From: a virus
Length of the DNA stretch: 64,000 bases
Virus record (IMG/VR): IMGVR_UViG_3300022602_000038
Location: 32,001 to 96,000 of that record
Strand: one strand, 5' to 3'
Part shown: piece by piece, positions 37,060-46,826 of the stretch
Numbering within the stretch: position 1 is the first letter of the stretch
Layout of the letters: the number at the start of each line of letters is the position of its first letter
Position numbers and translations under genes: made by a program
The notes under the pieces: generated by a model
Seen by the model: the letters and a program-made list of their open reading frames with translations, nothing else
Told to the model about the DNA's origin: nothing
Databases searched by the model: none

Positions 37060-37063
37060 ACAA
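36300..37063 (+). repeat. 764-bp near-identical repeat copy 2
   Basis: see copy 1. Confidence 0.92.
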
Positions 37064-37065
37064 AA

Positions 37066-37428
37066 TTAATCTAATTTAGTCAAACCAAGTACTGACTTAG
37101 CTATGTATTGAGATAACTGTTCTCTAGAAACAGTATCTCCAGCACCAAGCTTAGTGTGTTTTTTCTGCCACGTTTCTAACTCTTTTTTAAATTTATTTAA
37201 CAGTTCGTTTATTTCTTTTAAAGCTGTTTCTGTTTGAGCTTTAATTTCAGGTGTTTCTGGTTCAAATAAACCAGCTAATTTCCAATCCAAAGCTGTTTTT
37301 GGTTGAGTAGGGTCAATATCACTTTCACTAGCTGTATCTCCTCCACCTGCTTCACTACCAACTCCCGCCCATGATTCGGCAATAACTTTATACTTTGCTT
37401 GTAGATCTTTAATTTGGTCGGTTTTCAT
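37066..37428 (-). CDS. hypothetical protein with leader-like KYKVIAES motif
   Basis: 120-aa ORF; TAAATA upstream on the minus strand. Confidence 0.7.
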   Translation of the reverse strand: MKTDQIKDLQAKYKVIAESWAGVGSEAGGGDTASESDIDPTQPKTALDWKLAGLFEPETPEIKAQTETALKEINELLNKFKKELETWQKKHTKLGAGDTVSREQLSQYIAKSVLGLTKLD

Positions 37429-37470
37429 TTACTATATTATTTACCAGCTTACAGTAAATATTTACATTCT

Positions 37471-38526
37471 ATGGAGCAGTCTGCAAACAATCTAACATAC
37501 GAGTTTCATAAAGAGTTAAATCCTTTAGTATGGGAAAACAAAAAGCTTAAACCTCTAATAAAGGAAAAGCTATTGGAAATAGCAGAAGCCTTTTTAGAAA
37601 CATTAGATATAGATGTAGATGTAGAGGATATAACTCTTACAGGTTCATTAGCTAACTATAACTATACCAAGTATAGTGACTTTGATCTACATATTTTAAC
37701 TGATTATAATGAGTATGATGTAGAAGAGGAACTATTAAAAGATTACTTTAATGCTAAGAAAACTATATGGAACACTACTCGAGACATTACTATAAAAGGT
37801 TATGATGTAGAGGTTTATATACAAGATATGTCCGAACCACATCATTCTACTGGTGTGTATTCTATAAAAAACGATGAATGGATAACAGAACCTAGACCTA
37901 CGAAAGACAAGCAAGATATTGATAAAGACTTGGTTAACAAGAAGATCAAAGCTATGAAAGATCTTATAGATTATGCAATTAGCTCAGATTGTGATGTAGA
38001 ATGTGCTGAAAAAGCTAAAGAAAAGTTTATGGAATTACGCAAAGCAGGGTTAGAAAAAGCTGGTGAATTATCTCCAGAAAACCTTGCATTTAAAGAACTT
38101 AGAAGAACCGGTGATGTTGAAAGAATGGTACAAGGTATATTGGATAAAAAGAGTAAAAAGCTTTCTTTAGACAGCGCTATGCAAAAAGAAAACTTTAAAG
38201 AGTTTATGGGATTAGGAGGTAAAGGTAGTAGAGGCCCCCGTCATTTGAGTCCAACTGCTGGTATGAACAAATTAGGACAAGCAGAAAAGGGTATTGGTAT
38301 GGTAGCTGCTGTACATAAACGTAAAGACTCTATACCAGTACACAACTTAAAGAAAAAACAAACCGGTCAATCACCTATTAGTAATGATCAAGCAATGCAA
38401 CTTATTGCACAATATAATCTTGATATTAATAAGATTAAATCCGGTCACCCACGAGGCCTAAGCAATGGCGGTATGTATTTAGGTTTTAATCCACATACAA
38501 ACACCTTTTATTTGAGTAAGTATTAA
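37471..38526 (+). CDS. Pol-beta superfamily nucleotidyltransferase
   Basis: LTGSLANYNY..YSDFDLH (GS...DxD) and DVEVY; start set to ATG 37471 after TAAATA. Confidence 0.8.
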   Translation: MEQSANNLTYEFHKELNPLVWENKKLKPLIKEKLLEIAEAFLETLDIDVDVEDITLTGSLANYNYTKYSDFDLHILTDYNEYDVEEELLKDYFNAKKTIWNTTRDITIKGYDVEVYIQDMSEPHHSTGVYSIKNDEWITEPRPTKDKQDIDKDLVNKKIKAMKDLIDYAISSDCDVECAEKAKEKFMELRKAGLEKAGELSPENLAFKELRRTGDVERMVQGILDKKSKKLSLDSAMQKENFKEFMGLGGKGSRGPRHLSPTAGMNKLGQAEKGIGMVAAVHKRKDSIPVHNLKKKQTGQSPISNDQAMQLIAQYNLDINKIKSGHPRGLSNGGMYLGFNPHTNTFYLSKY

Positions 38527-38537
38527 ATTAACATTTT

Positions 38538-40070
38538 ATGAAGAGCGTGAACGTTTTACAAATTAAGTACGAATTATCTTATATTACAGAATCTATCAAT
38601 GATTTGTACTTTAATGCATTTGCAGAAGCCTTAGTACCAGGTGTAACACCTGCTGCTCCAGCCCCTGCTGCTGCACCAGCCCCTGCAGCACCGGTTACAA
38701 CAACTCAAACCCCTGCAACAAGTGCTACAACTCAACCAACTGCACCTGCTGCTGGTACAGCTCCTCAACCAGCTCAAGCTACTCCTGCTCAACAACAACA
38801 GCAACAAACCCCTCAAACCCCTCAAGATTTAGAAAAAGCAGTAGAAAAGGATAAAACTCAATTACCTGGCTTAATACAAGCAATTGTTTCTAAACTCAAC
38901 CCTCAAGATAAAGTTGAATTACAGAAAATCGTAGCTCAAAATAACGTGCAAGCTTTAAATGCGTTTATTGCAAAACACGCCCCTGCTACAAAAACTCAAG
39001 AAGAAGCTTACTTAAGCGAACACGTAAAAACGATTCTTAAATATGTAGATACACTTTCTAATAAAGAAGAAGTACGTAAAGGTATACAAGAGTTTGTTGA
39101 ATCAAATGGCAATATAGAGGTACTTAAAAAATATGATCCAAACTTTGAAGAGAATCTTTTAGGTTTATACAGAGAAGGTTATATTAATGAAGGCATATTA
39201 GGAGCTATTGGTTCCGGTTTAAAGAGCGTATGGCAAGGTATTAAGAATTTAGGAAAAGAGGCTCTGCCAGTTTTAGGTAAATACGGTCCTTGGGCTGCAT
39301 TAGGTGCATTAGCTGGTGGACCACTTGGTGCTATGGCAATGCCATTAATTGCAAAAGCTCTCGGTGGTAGCGGTGGTACTGAAGCTAAACCAGGAGAAGA
39401 AAAAGAAAAACCTAAACCAATTGGTAAGATGACTACGGCTGATCTTTCTACTGTAAGTGATGAAAAGTATATTTCATTACCTTTAGTTGCAGCTAAAAAT
39501 AAATTTAAACTTATCGATCTTACTCCAGAGGAAGAAAAAGAAATTGAAAGCGGTGCAATACTTAACGTAACTGATAACAATCAAAATACAGTACAGTTTA
39601 CGTATAAAAACGGTTTATTGTCAGGTATTAAGGTTTCTGGTAATGACACTGCACCAACAGCACCAGCACCTAGCCTAACACCAGCAGTAGCAACTCCTAC
39701 TCCATCTCCTACACCTCCGGTTTTAAAGCCGAAACCATCAGTTAAACCAAAGCCTCGCGCTCCAAAAGTAGCGGTTAAACCAAAACCTACAGCACCAAAG
39801 CCAGTAGCACCAAAAGCTCCTAAAGCAAAACCTGGGGTTATAAATACACCAAGTAAACAATTTACCCCAGCACAAAAACAAAACGCTAAAAAAGAACTAA
39901 GACAGTTAACTCGTATACCAAAAGCAAGAAGAACAACTGATCAAGATAAAAGAATACAAGATTTAAATAAAATTGTAGTAGGGGAAACATTTGTAAGTCT
40001 AGCTGATAAAGTTTTAAACAATCTACGTAACAGTTCTAGTGCTACTCCAATTGAAAGAGCTAATGGATAA
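38538..40070 (+). CDS. Pro/Ala/Lys-rich protein with glycine-zipper segment, probable virion protein
   Basis: APAPAA and PKP tracts, INEGILGAIG, GALAGGPLGA; TAAGTA upstream. Confidence 0.65.
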   Translation: MKSVNVLQIKYELSYITESINDLYFNAFAEALVPGVTPAAPAPAAAPAPAAPVTTTQTPATSATTQPTAPAAGTAPQPAQATPAQQQQQQTPQTPQDLEKAVEKDKTQLPGLIQAIVSKLNPQDKVELQKIVAQNNVQALNAFIAKHAPATKTQEEAYLSEHVKTILKYVDTLSNKEEVRKGIQEFVESNGNIEVLKKYDPNFEENLLGLYREGYINEGILGAIGSGLKSVWQGIKNLGKEALPVLGKYGPWAALGALAGGPLGAMAMPLIAKALGGSGGTEAKPGEEKEKPKPIGKMTTADLSTVSDEKYISLPLVAAKNKFKLIDLTPEEEKEIESGAILNVTDNNQNTVQFTYKNGLLSGIKVSGNDTAPTAPAPSLTPAVATPTPSPTPPVLKPKPSVKPKPRAPKVAVKPKPTAPKPVAPKAPKAKPGVINTPSKQFTPAQKQNAKKELRQLTRIPKARRTTDQDKRIQDLNKIVVGETFVSLADKVLNNLRNSSSATPIERANG

Positions 40071-40073
40071 TGA

Positions 40074-40658
40074 ATGAGTACAGTTGTACAACAATCCATT
40101 CTTAATAAAAATAGGAAAGACAAGTTTTTACTTGTCTTGACGTTACCTTCTATTCTTAAAACAGCTAATAAACCAGATCAAGGTGATCGAGGCAGCAAGT
40201 ACATAAATTTAGATACGTTACAGTATTCAATTTACGGAACTGTAGTACCTGATACAACAGTTGCTGAAATAGATCTAGCTTACGGTGGACAAACAGCTAA
40301 GGTTACTAGTTACACTAGAAGTGCTTACAAAGCTATAACAGTAAACTTTACTGTTGATAATGAGTTTAATAATTGGTGGGTTTTATGGTATTGGTTGAAT
40401 ATTATAAACGACTCTTACACCAGTACATACAACAATGAAGGCTTAGCTGCAACGGATATGTTCACAAACATAGACGATTATCAAACGAACATTACAGTAT
40501 ACGGATTAGATGAGTATAATAACAAAAAAATACAATGGGATTACTCAAAAGCTTTTATTACAAGTTTAGGGGAAATTGGTTATAATTATCGGGAAGGAGA
40601 TCAAATCGAGTCTTCTTTCACTTTTGCATTTAATCAGTTAAGTGTTCAATTACTTTAA
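40074..40658 (+). CDS. tail tube terminator/completion protein (T4 gp3-like)
   Basis: F.VD.E..NW...WL and AF.TSLG.I.Y...F.F tube-fold pattern; directly before sheath. Confidence 0.7.
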   Translation: MSTVVQQSILNKNRKDKFLLVLTLPSILKTANKPDQGDRGSKYINLDTLQYSIYGTVVPDTTVAEIDLAYGGQTAKVTSYTRSAYKAITVNFTVDNEFNNWWVLWYWLNIINDSYTSTYNNEGLAATDMFTNIDDYQTNITVYGLDEYNNKKIQWDYSKAFITSLGEIGYNYREGDQIESSFTFAFNQLSVQLL

Positions 40659-40715
40659 TAAAGTCTGCGTTTTGGGGGCAAAAACTCATAAATAATATTA
40701 GAAACTTTAAACCAT

Positions 40716-43097
40716 ATGGCATCACTACGTACAATTCAATCCCCAGGTGTAGAAATTCGTGAAATTGACCTTTCTACAAGAGCAGTAACACCAGCAGGTA
40801 CTAACGTTTTAGTAACTGGTTTCGCTCCACAAGGTCCAACTTACGAAGTTGTAACACTCGCTTCTTTAAGCGATTTCCAAACCGTATTCGGCACACCAAC
40901 AAACGCTGCAGAACGTTATTTCTACTATTCTGTAAATCAGCTTTTCACAGCTGGTGGTAATCCTACTATTCAAGCTGTTAGATTACCTTACGGTGCAGGT
41001 ACCGGTGCAGGTACGTCAAGCAATTATAGTGCATTAGCATTCCCAGTAGTTGCGGTTCCTTCTAATACTTCAACATATGGTGCAGCTGCTGCAGTCGCGG
41101 GTACAATTCCACTTAGCTCTGCTCAAGGTTATTATCTTGGTGCACCAGCTCTTGTTTCTTTAACAGAAGCTCAATACAATACAATTACTCAAGGCGGTAT
41201 TCCTTGGACAACAACAACCGGTAATGCTGGTTTAAGTAGCTTTATTCTTTCTGGTGCTGGTGTAGTTAACAGTCTTAGTGCTGCTGGTTTAGTTATTGTT
41301 AACTCTTCAAAAGCTACTATCGATGAAATGTTTAACGGTTATTATTTAAACATTGGTGACGGTTATAGCAATAACCCAACATCTGATTATGATGATGTAG
41401 TTCAAATAGAAACAATCACCAGCAACTACTTTGTTGATGGCCAGACAGCAAATCTTTCACCTTACACGACAGTACCTAATACTCGTTTAGGTTTTACATT
41501 AAGCGCAACTTACGTTCAAAACATTGGTAGTATTTCAAGAGATATTGAAAATATTCCAACATTTAACATTGCTGCATCAGGTTATAGCGATAATGTTATC
41601 ATTTCGCTCTTTAAAGTGCGTCCAAGTCCATTCTCACCTGGCGCTACAACGTTATCATACGTATTACAAGAATCTTATACAGGTTCCTTCTACTCTCAAC
41701 GTTTACAGCAAGATCCAAACGGTGGTGTTCCAACATCTCTTTACTTGCCAACATTAGCTGCAAATTCTGCTAACCTAGAAGTACTTGTTAACCCGAATAT
41801 CTCTAGCTTAACAAATTGGTTAGATGCTAATGGTAACTCTACTAAGAGAGTAAGAATTTATAAGCCAAATACGCTTAGCACGATGGCTGCTACTCTCTCA
41901 ACAGATCCAGATTACACTTATTATACAGCAGCCTCTGCTTACCTAAGTGTTGCAGCTGGTACATTCTTACCTGCTAACAGTCTGTTCCCACTTGGTGTAT
42001 TTGCTGATACATTACCATTAATTAGCTCTAAGGCTGTTGGTAACGTTTCTGCTAAATTAAATTACGTATTAGAAAACGTAGCAGCAAATCCAGATCTAGT
42101 ACCAATTGATATTACAGTTGATGCTGGTCTTTCAACGATTTATGCAGGTACTCAAGTACTTGGTACATCTCAATTCGATGATAACGCTATAAGTTCAACA
42201 TTAACTGCGCAAGTTAACGCTCTTACAGCTTCTAACGGTAACCCAGTAAGCAATACATTAATACAGAGCTGGAATACAATTACTTCTCAGTTCTTAAACT
42301 TTGCAACATCTGAACGTAAAGATCATATCTTTATTTCTGACCCATTACGTTATATTTTCGTAACAGGCTCAAGCTTTAAGACGCTTAATGATATTGTAAA
42401 CAATAACTTCTCGCAAAACATTTACTGGCCACTACGTAACTCGTATGCTGGGTTTAATTCAAGCTATGGTGTAGCATATGGTAACTGGGTACAAGCTCAG
42501 GACATCTTTACATCTCAATCAGTTTGGTTACCATTCTCGGGGTATGCAGCAGCAATGATAACAGCTAGCGATAGCAACAATTATCAATGGACAGCTCCTG
42601 CAGGTCTTAACCGCGGTATTATCAACGGTCTTTCAGATCTCGGTGTTAACCCACAACAGAAACAACGGGACTTACTTTACAAGTCCTCAATTAACCCTGT
42701 TGTATACTTCCCAAATCAAGGATATACAGTATTTGGTCAAAAGACTCTATTAACAAACCCAAGCGCATTCGATCGTATTAATGTACGTCGTTTATTCTTG
42801 TTCCTTGAAAAGACAGCTCAAGCAACGTTAAAGTATTTCGTATTTGAACCAAACACTACATTCACTCGTAGTAGAGTAGTTAATACATTAACACCTGTAT
42901 TTGAGTTAGCTAAGAATACACAAGGTCTATATGACTACTTAATCGTATGTAATGAAACTAACAACACTCCAGATGTTATCGATGATAATACACTTGTTGT
43001 TGACATTTACATTAAACCAGTTCGTACTGCAGAGTTTATCTTAGTTAACTTCTACGCTACTAAGACATCTCAAAACTTTACTGAACTACTACAGTAA
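40716..43097 (+). CDS. contractile tail sheath (T4 gp18-like)
   Basis: SPGVEIREIDL start; W.APAGLNRG, INPV, GQKTL, FDRINVRRLF, FEPN, IKP.R.AEFI. Confidence 0.96.
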   Translation: MASLRTIQSPGVEIREIDLSTRAVTPAGTNVLVTGFAPQGPTYEVVTLASLSDFQTVFGTPTNAAERYFYYSVNQLFTAGGNPTIQAVRLPYGAGTGAGTSSNYSALAFPVVAVPSNTSTYGAAAAVAGTIPLSSAQGYYLGAPALVSLTEAQYNTITQGGIPWTTTTGNAGLSSFILSGAGVVNSLSAAGLVIVNSSKATIDEMFNGYYLNIGDGYSNNPTSDYDDVVQIETITSNYFVDGQTANLSPYTTVPNTRLGFTLSATYVQNIGSISRDIENIPTFNIAASGYSDNVIISLFKVRPSPFSPGATTLSYVLQESYTGSFYSQRLQQDPNGGVPTSLYLPTLAANSANLEVLVNPNISSLTNWLDANGNSTKRVRIYKPNTLSTMAATLSTDPDYTYYTAASAYLSVAAGTFLPANSLFPLGVFADTLPLISSKAVGNVSAKLNYVLENVAANPDLVPIDITVDAGLSTIYAGTQVLGTSQFDDNAISSTLTAQVNALTASNGNPVSNTLIQSWNTITSQFLNFATSERKDHIFISDPLRYIFVTGSSFKTLNDIVNNNFSQNIYWPLRNSYAGFNSSYGVAYGNWVQAQDIFTSQSVWLPFSGYAAAMITASDSNNYQWTAPAGLNRGIINGLSDLGVNPQQKQRDLLYKSSINPVVYFPNQGYTVFGQKTLLTNPSAFDRINVRRLFLFLEKTAQATLKYFVFEPNTTFTRSRVVNTLTPVFELAKNTQGLYDYLIVCNETNNTPDVIDDNTLVVDIYIKPVRTAEFILVNFYATKTSQNFTELLQ

Positions 43098-43132
43098 CTC
43101 TTACAACTTTAATAGTAAATATTTAAAACATT

Positions 43133-43669
43133 ATGCCACAGACAATACAAGACTTCTACAGGGTAGCACAACAGCGCGGATTCGCACGTGATTTCATGAT
43201 GAGAGTTCGCTCTATTGGTGAGACATCATTTAACGAAGACGATTTTGTGTATGTTACCACCAAAACTCTTCCAGGGCGCGATATTACTAATCAGGCAGTA
43301 GCTTATATGGGGTTAAGTTTTAATGCTCCTGGTACAGTTAAGTACCCAGGTTCAGAAGGCTGGACTTTAAGATTCCGTGCTGATAGAAATGGTATTATTC
43401 GTCAAAAATTAGAAAACTGGCAAATTAATGAAGTGTTTGATGATTCAACAAGTACTGGAGATTTAAGTCTACGTGGTACTGATAAAGTCATTCAACTTGA
43501 CTTAATTGATGAAAGCCAAAACGTTCTTAATACATACAAGCTATTTGGTGTATACATTCAAAGCATTGCAGAAGTAACAGGTTATGATAATGCTGGTGAT
43601 GGTAAACCATTAGAATTTGATGTAAAATTAGCTTATCAGTATTGGAGACATGAAGCTCAAACATCATAA
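43133..43669 (+). CDS. tail tube protein (T4 gp19-like)
   Basis: follows sheath; LPG...V.YMG...PG...W...W...QLD...Y.L.G..F.V...YQYW. Confidence 0.88.
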   Translation: MPQTIQDFYRVAQQRGFARDFMMRVRSIGETSFNEDDFVYVTTKTLPGRDITNQAVAYMGLSFNAPGTVKYPGSEGWTLRFRADRNGIIRQKLENWQINEVFDDSTSTGDLSLRGTDKVIQLDLIDESQNVLNTYKLFGVYIQSIAEVTGYDNAGDGKPLEFDVKLAYQYWRHEAQTS

Positions 43670-43690
43670 TTAAAGTACTTTAATTATACT

Positions 43691-43718
43691 AAAAGCCCTG
43701 GTAAAACAGGGCTTTTTT
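43691..43718 (+). terminator. intrinsic terminator
   Basis: AAAAGCCCTG/CAGGGCTTTTTT after tube gene. Confidence 0.85.
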
Positions 43719-43743
43719 ATTGTTCGTACATTAAGTATTAATA

Positions 43744-44457
43744 ATGGCCTTAGGTAATGGAATAATAGATTTTTATAAAACAGCAACATCTAAAGGATTT
43801 GCTAGAGCAAATCTATTTAGAGTTAAGCAAATCACCAATCAAGTATTTGATGAGGTTTCTAACGATACTACTGCTAATCTATATCTCTATGTACAGGAAG
43901 GAACAATACCTGCCCGTAATATATCCACTGCTACAGTAGACTTTAAATCGTTTAAGTTCAATATACCAATGGCAGCAAATTACCCAGATTCCGGTGGTGG
44001 TTGGACTGTAACGTTTTTCTGTGATAAAGAGTACATACTAAGAGAAGTTCTGGAAAATTGGTCGGTAGGAACCTTTGATGAGCATTCCGGTGTAGCAGCA
44101 TTACCGAATTGGTGGGACTGTGATGTAGTTTTATCAGTACTAGATAACTCAAGTACGTCTCAAAATAGTTTAGTAGGCTCTGTTTTAAATATATTAGGTA
44201 TTGGTGGAGCAACAAGTGCACCAGGTGGTCAAGACTACTTACAAGAAATAAGAACATACACTCTTAAAGGCGCTTTCCCAACCGCTATTTCAAGTATAGG
44301 TTATAAAATGGCAGATGGTGGTACTATTGCTACTGCGTCTGTTAATGTAGCATTTCAATATGTTATATCAGAAAATTTAAATAGTGGTGGTAGTAGCAAT
44401 ACTAATGAGTTAAATTTATTAACTAACGTAGTACAGCAAGTATTTAACATTCCGTAA
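43744..44457 (+). CDS. tail tube-like paralog
   Basis: I.DFY..A...GFAR motif shared with 43133; Y.L.GAFP. Confidence 0.75.
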   Translation: MALGNGIIDFYKTATSKGFARANLFRVKQITNQVFDEVSNDTTANLYLYVQEGTIPARNISTATVDFKSFKFNIPMAANYPDSGGGWTVTFFCDKEYILREVLENWSVGTFDEHSGVAALPNWWDCDVVLSVLDNSSTSQNSLVGSVLNILGIGGATSAPGGQDYLQEIRTYTLKGAFPTAISSIGYKMADGGTIATASVNVAFQYVISENLNSGGSSNTNELNLLTNVVQQVFNIP

Positions 44458-44459
44458 TT

Positions 44460-45059
44460 ATGGGTCAAATAACAAATCAGACTATTGCAGATTTTTACAG
44501 GCAAGCGCAAAAGGTTGGTTTTGCGCGAGACTTTCAATTTAAAGTAGTGGCGTTTAGAGTAAATGGTATTGAGTTAGGACCAAGAGATTTAGTATTTTTA
44601 AAAACAGCTAGTTTACCTGGTAAAACAATTAATACTGTAACTGCTAACTTCATGGGAGTAGACTTTCAAATACCTGGTACGGTTAAATACGATAACAATA
44701 ATAACTGGCAAGTAACATTCTATTGTACACAAGATTATCATGTAAGAAAGCTTTTAGAGTCGTCAATGTCAGATACGTTTAATATAAGAACGTCTACTGG
44801 TAATATGGAGCCTAGAGATCCTACATTAAATGTTATAAAACTATCCTTAGTAGACGATCAATTAAATGAAATTAGAACATATATACTACACGGCGCTTTT
44901 GTTACTGGTGTAGGAGATATGGGGTTTGATGCTACTAAAGATGGCGGAGTACAAGAGGTTTCAGCTACAATAGCGTATCAGTATTGGACTACAGCTCCAA
45001 GCTCAGATATTTCAGAAATAGAAGATGTAATAAACATAGCAGAATCTTTATTAGGTTAA
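44460..45059 (+). CDS. tail tube-like paralog
   Basis: TIADFY..AQ..GFARDF, LPG, PGTVKY, AYQYW shared with 43133. Confidence 0.8.
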   Translation: MGQITNQTIADFYRQAQKVGFARDFQFKVVAFRVNGIELGPRDLVFLKTASLPGKTINTVTANFMGVDFQIPGTVKYDNNNNWQVTFYCTQDYHVRKLLESSMSDTFNIRTSTGNMEPRDPTLNVIKLSLVDDQLNEIRTYILHGAFVTGVGDMGFDATKDGGVQEVSATIAYQYWTTAPSSDISEIEDVINIAESLLG

Positions 45060-45063
45060 CATT

Positions 45064-45819
45064 ATGGCATATATTATAGGTCCAAACGCTCAAATAGTAC
45101 CGTACGGTTCTTTACAAAATAGGAACGGTATAGGGTCTGACGTACAGTCGTTTTTAAGCTTTTTAAGTTCTCCAGACACTCAAATACCGTTACAGTCTAA
45201 CTTTCTCATAGTATTTGATAGATTACCTGGAGCGTTTCTTAACGGTAATACATTTCCGGCCTCTTTTGAAAATCAGTGGAATATACAAAACACACAAGAC
45301 GCTTTAATACAGGTAATTACATCTAATCAAAACTCACCGTTCGGTGGTTATGCTTGTTTATTTGCACAAGGGTTTTCCTCTCCTACTGAAAATGTAGATA
45401 TAGCTCGTCAAAACGTATTATCTGGACCTTCTGGTGGTTTAATAGGTGGTCTTACTAGTGCGGGTAGAGCGCCTTTTAATAGTTTAGATATAGACTTTTT
45501 AGAAACCAACAGTTCTTTTATAGACTTTGTTATTAGACCGTGGGTAGCGCTGATTGGACATTATGGGTTAATAAATAGAGATCCTAACTCAGCTCAAAAC
45601 GTAAAAGCAGATATTTCAGCAGTATTGTTTGATAAAAATAACAACAACAATATAAGAAAAATATTTTCGTTTAAAGGTTGTGCACCTACAGGAGTAGGTA
45701 CCATAGCACATGTATATGGAGACGATAGAGCATCTACAGCAAATAAAGTATCTTTCCAATACAACACGTACGGTATAAGCTACAGCTCTGGTACTGCTTC
45801 CGGTGGATTGTCTTATTAA
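45064..45819 (+). CDS. baseplate tube-initiator-like protein (T4 gp54-like)
   Basis: position; L.I.FLET...PW...F.GC.P..V...V.F.Y tube-fold pattern. Confidence 0.55.
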   Translation: MAYIIGPNAQIVPYGSLQNRNGIGSDVQSFLSFLSSPDTQIPLQSNFLIVFDRLPGAFLNGNTFPASFENQWNIQNTQDALIQVITSNQNSPFGGYACLFAQGFSSPTENVDIARQNVLSGPSGGLIGGLTSAGRAPFNSLDIDFLETNSSFIDFVIRPWVALIGHYGLINRDPNSAQNVKADISAVLFDKNNNNNIRKIFSFKGCAPTGVGTIAHVYGDDRASTANKVSFQYNTYGISYSSGTASGGLSY

Positions 45820-45857
45820 GTAGATATTTTTACTGGTTATATAAATAAAATATAACT

Positions 45858-46796
45858 ATGGGATTTGTTTATGGAGTTAAACTACCGGGCCTTGATAAAA
45901 AAATATGGGCAAAAGAACTTACATCTAAGTTGTATAGAGATTTAGTTAAATCCCTTTATAACACTGATAGTACAGCGTTTTTACAACATCTTAACTTTAT
46001 AATTGAACACGTTTCTCCCGGGATACTACAAGAAGACCTTAATGTTATAGATAAGGTTATTCTTTTACTTAATATGAGAGCAATTTCTATTAATCCGGAT
46101 CTTAAATTGAAAGCAACTTGCCCTATAACAAAGAAAGAATTTGAAAAAAATATAAAGATAGAAGAAGTATTGAGTAAATTTGAAAACTTTAAATATAATG
46201 GTAATGTTGAATGTGATGGAATAAAGATATCTCACAGCATTATTAAAGCAAAAGACGAATTTAATTTTATAGATATAGATCAAGAAAAGTTATTTTCCTA
46301 CCGTCTTGCGTCTAGTATTGATAGTATTTGTGTTGATAATAAAGATATACTATTTAAAGACCTTTCATTTGAGGAAAGAGTGCAGGTTGTAGAAACGTTA
46401 CCGTTAAACGTAACAACTAAAGTGCAGGAATCTTTAAGCAGTATTGAAGAAGAGTTATCCAAAACAAAGCTACTTTCAATACATTCTCCGTTTGCAAAGG
46501 TATATGTTGTAGATATACCAGTTTCAACTAATGTGGTTGTTTTACTTGAGTTTTGTAAATCAGTCTTTAATGACGATCTAGGCAACTTGTATAGGTTAAA
46601 TTTTAATTTAGTTAATAAAGCAGGTTTTACACCGGAATACGCTGATAGTATACCACCATCAGAACAATTACTTTATTGGATGTATTTTGTACAACAAGCA
46701 CAAAAAGAACAACAAGCGGCAGAAGGCACCTCTAGTAACAATCCGTCATTTAACGGTAGTAAGGTCGGGGTAGAAACACCAAGTGAATTCACTTGA
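45858..46796 (+). CDS. baseplate hub assembly protein (T4 gp26-like)
   Basis: D...LLL.MRAIS....L...CP pattern; C-terminal E...Y segment like gp51. Confidence 0.65.
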   Translation: MGFVYGVKLPGLDKKIWAKELTSKLYRDLVKSLYNTDSTAFLQHLNFIIEHVSPGILQEDLNVIDKVILLLNMRAISINPDLKLKATCPITKKEFEKNIKIEEVLSKFENFKYNGNVECDGIKISHSIIKAKDEFNFIDIDQEKLFSYRLASSIDSICVDNKDILFKDLSFEERVQVVETLPLNVTTKVQESLSSIEEELSKTKLLSIHSPFAKVYVVDIPVSTNVVVLLEFCKSVFNDDLGNLYRLNFNLVNKAGFTPEYADSIPPSEQLLYWMYFVQQAQKEQQAAEGTSSNNPSFNGSKVGVETPSEFT

Positions 46797-46826
46797 AAAC
46801 CAGATTCTTTTAGTAAATCTATATAA

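Noticed and set aside
34528-37063. Diversity-generating retroelement template/variable repeat pair
   Set aside because: Differences are mostly T/C at silent sites rather than adenine-specific, both copies are coding, and no reverse transcriptase is seen in the window.
37414-37470. N-terminal extension of the nucleotidyltransferase from the ORF track
   Set aside because: It starts at TTG, overlaps the divergent gene and contains the late promoter motifs; ATG 37471 fits better.
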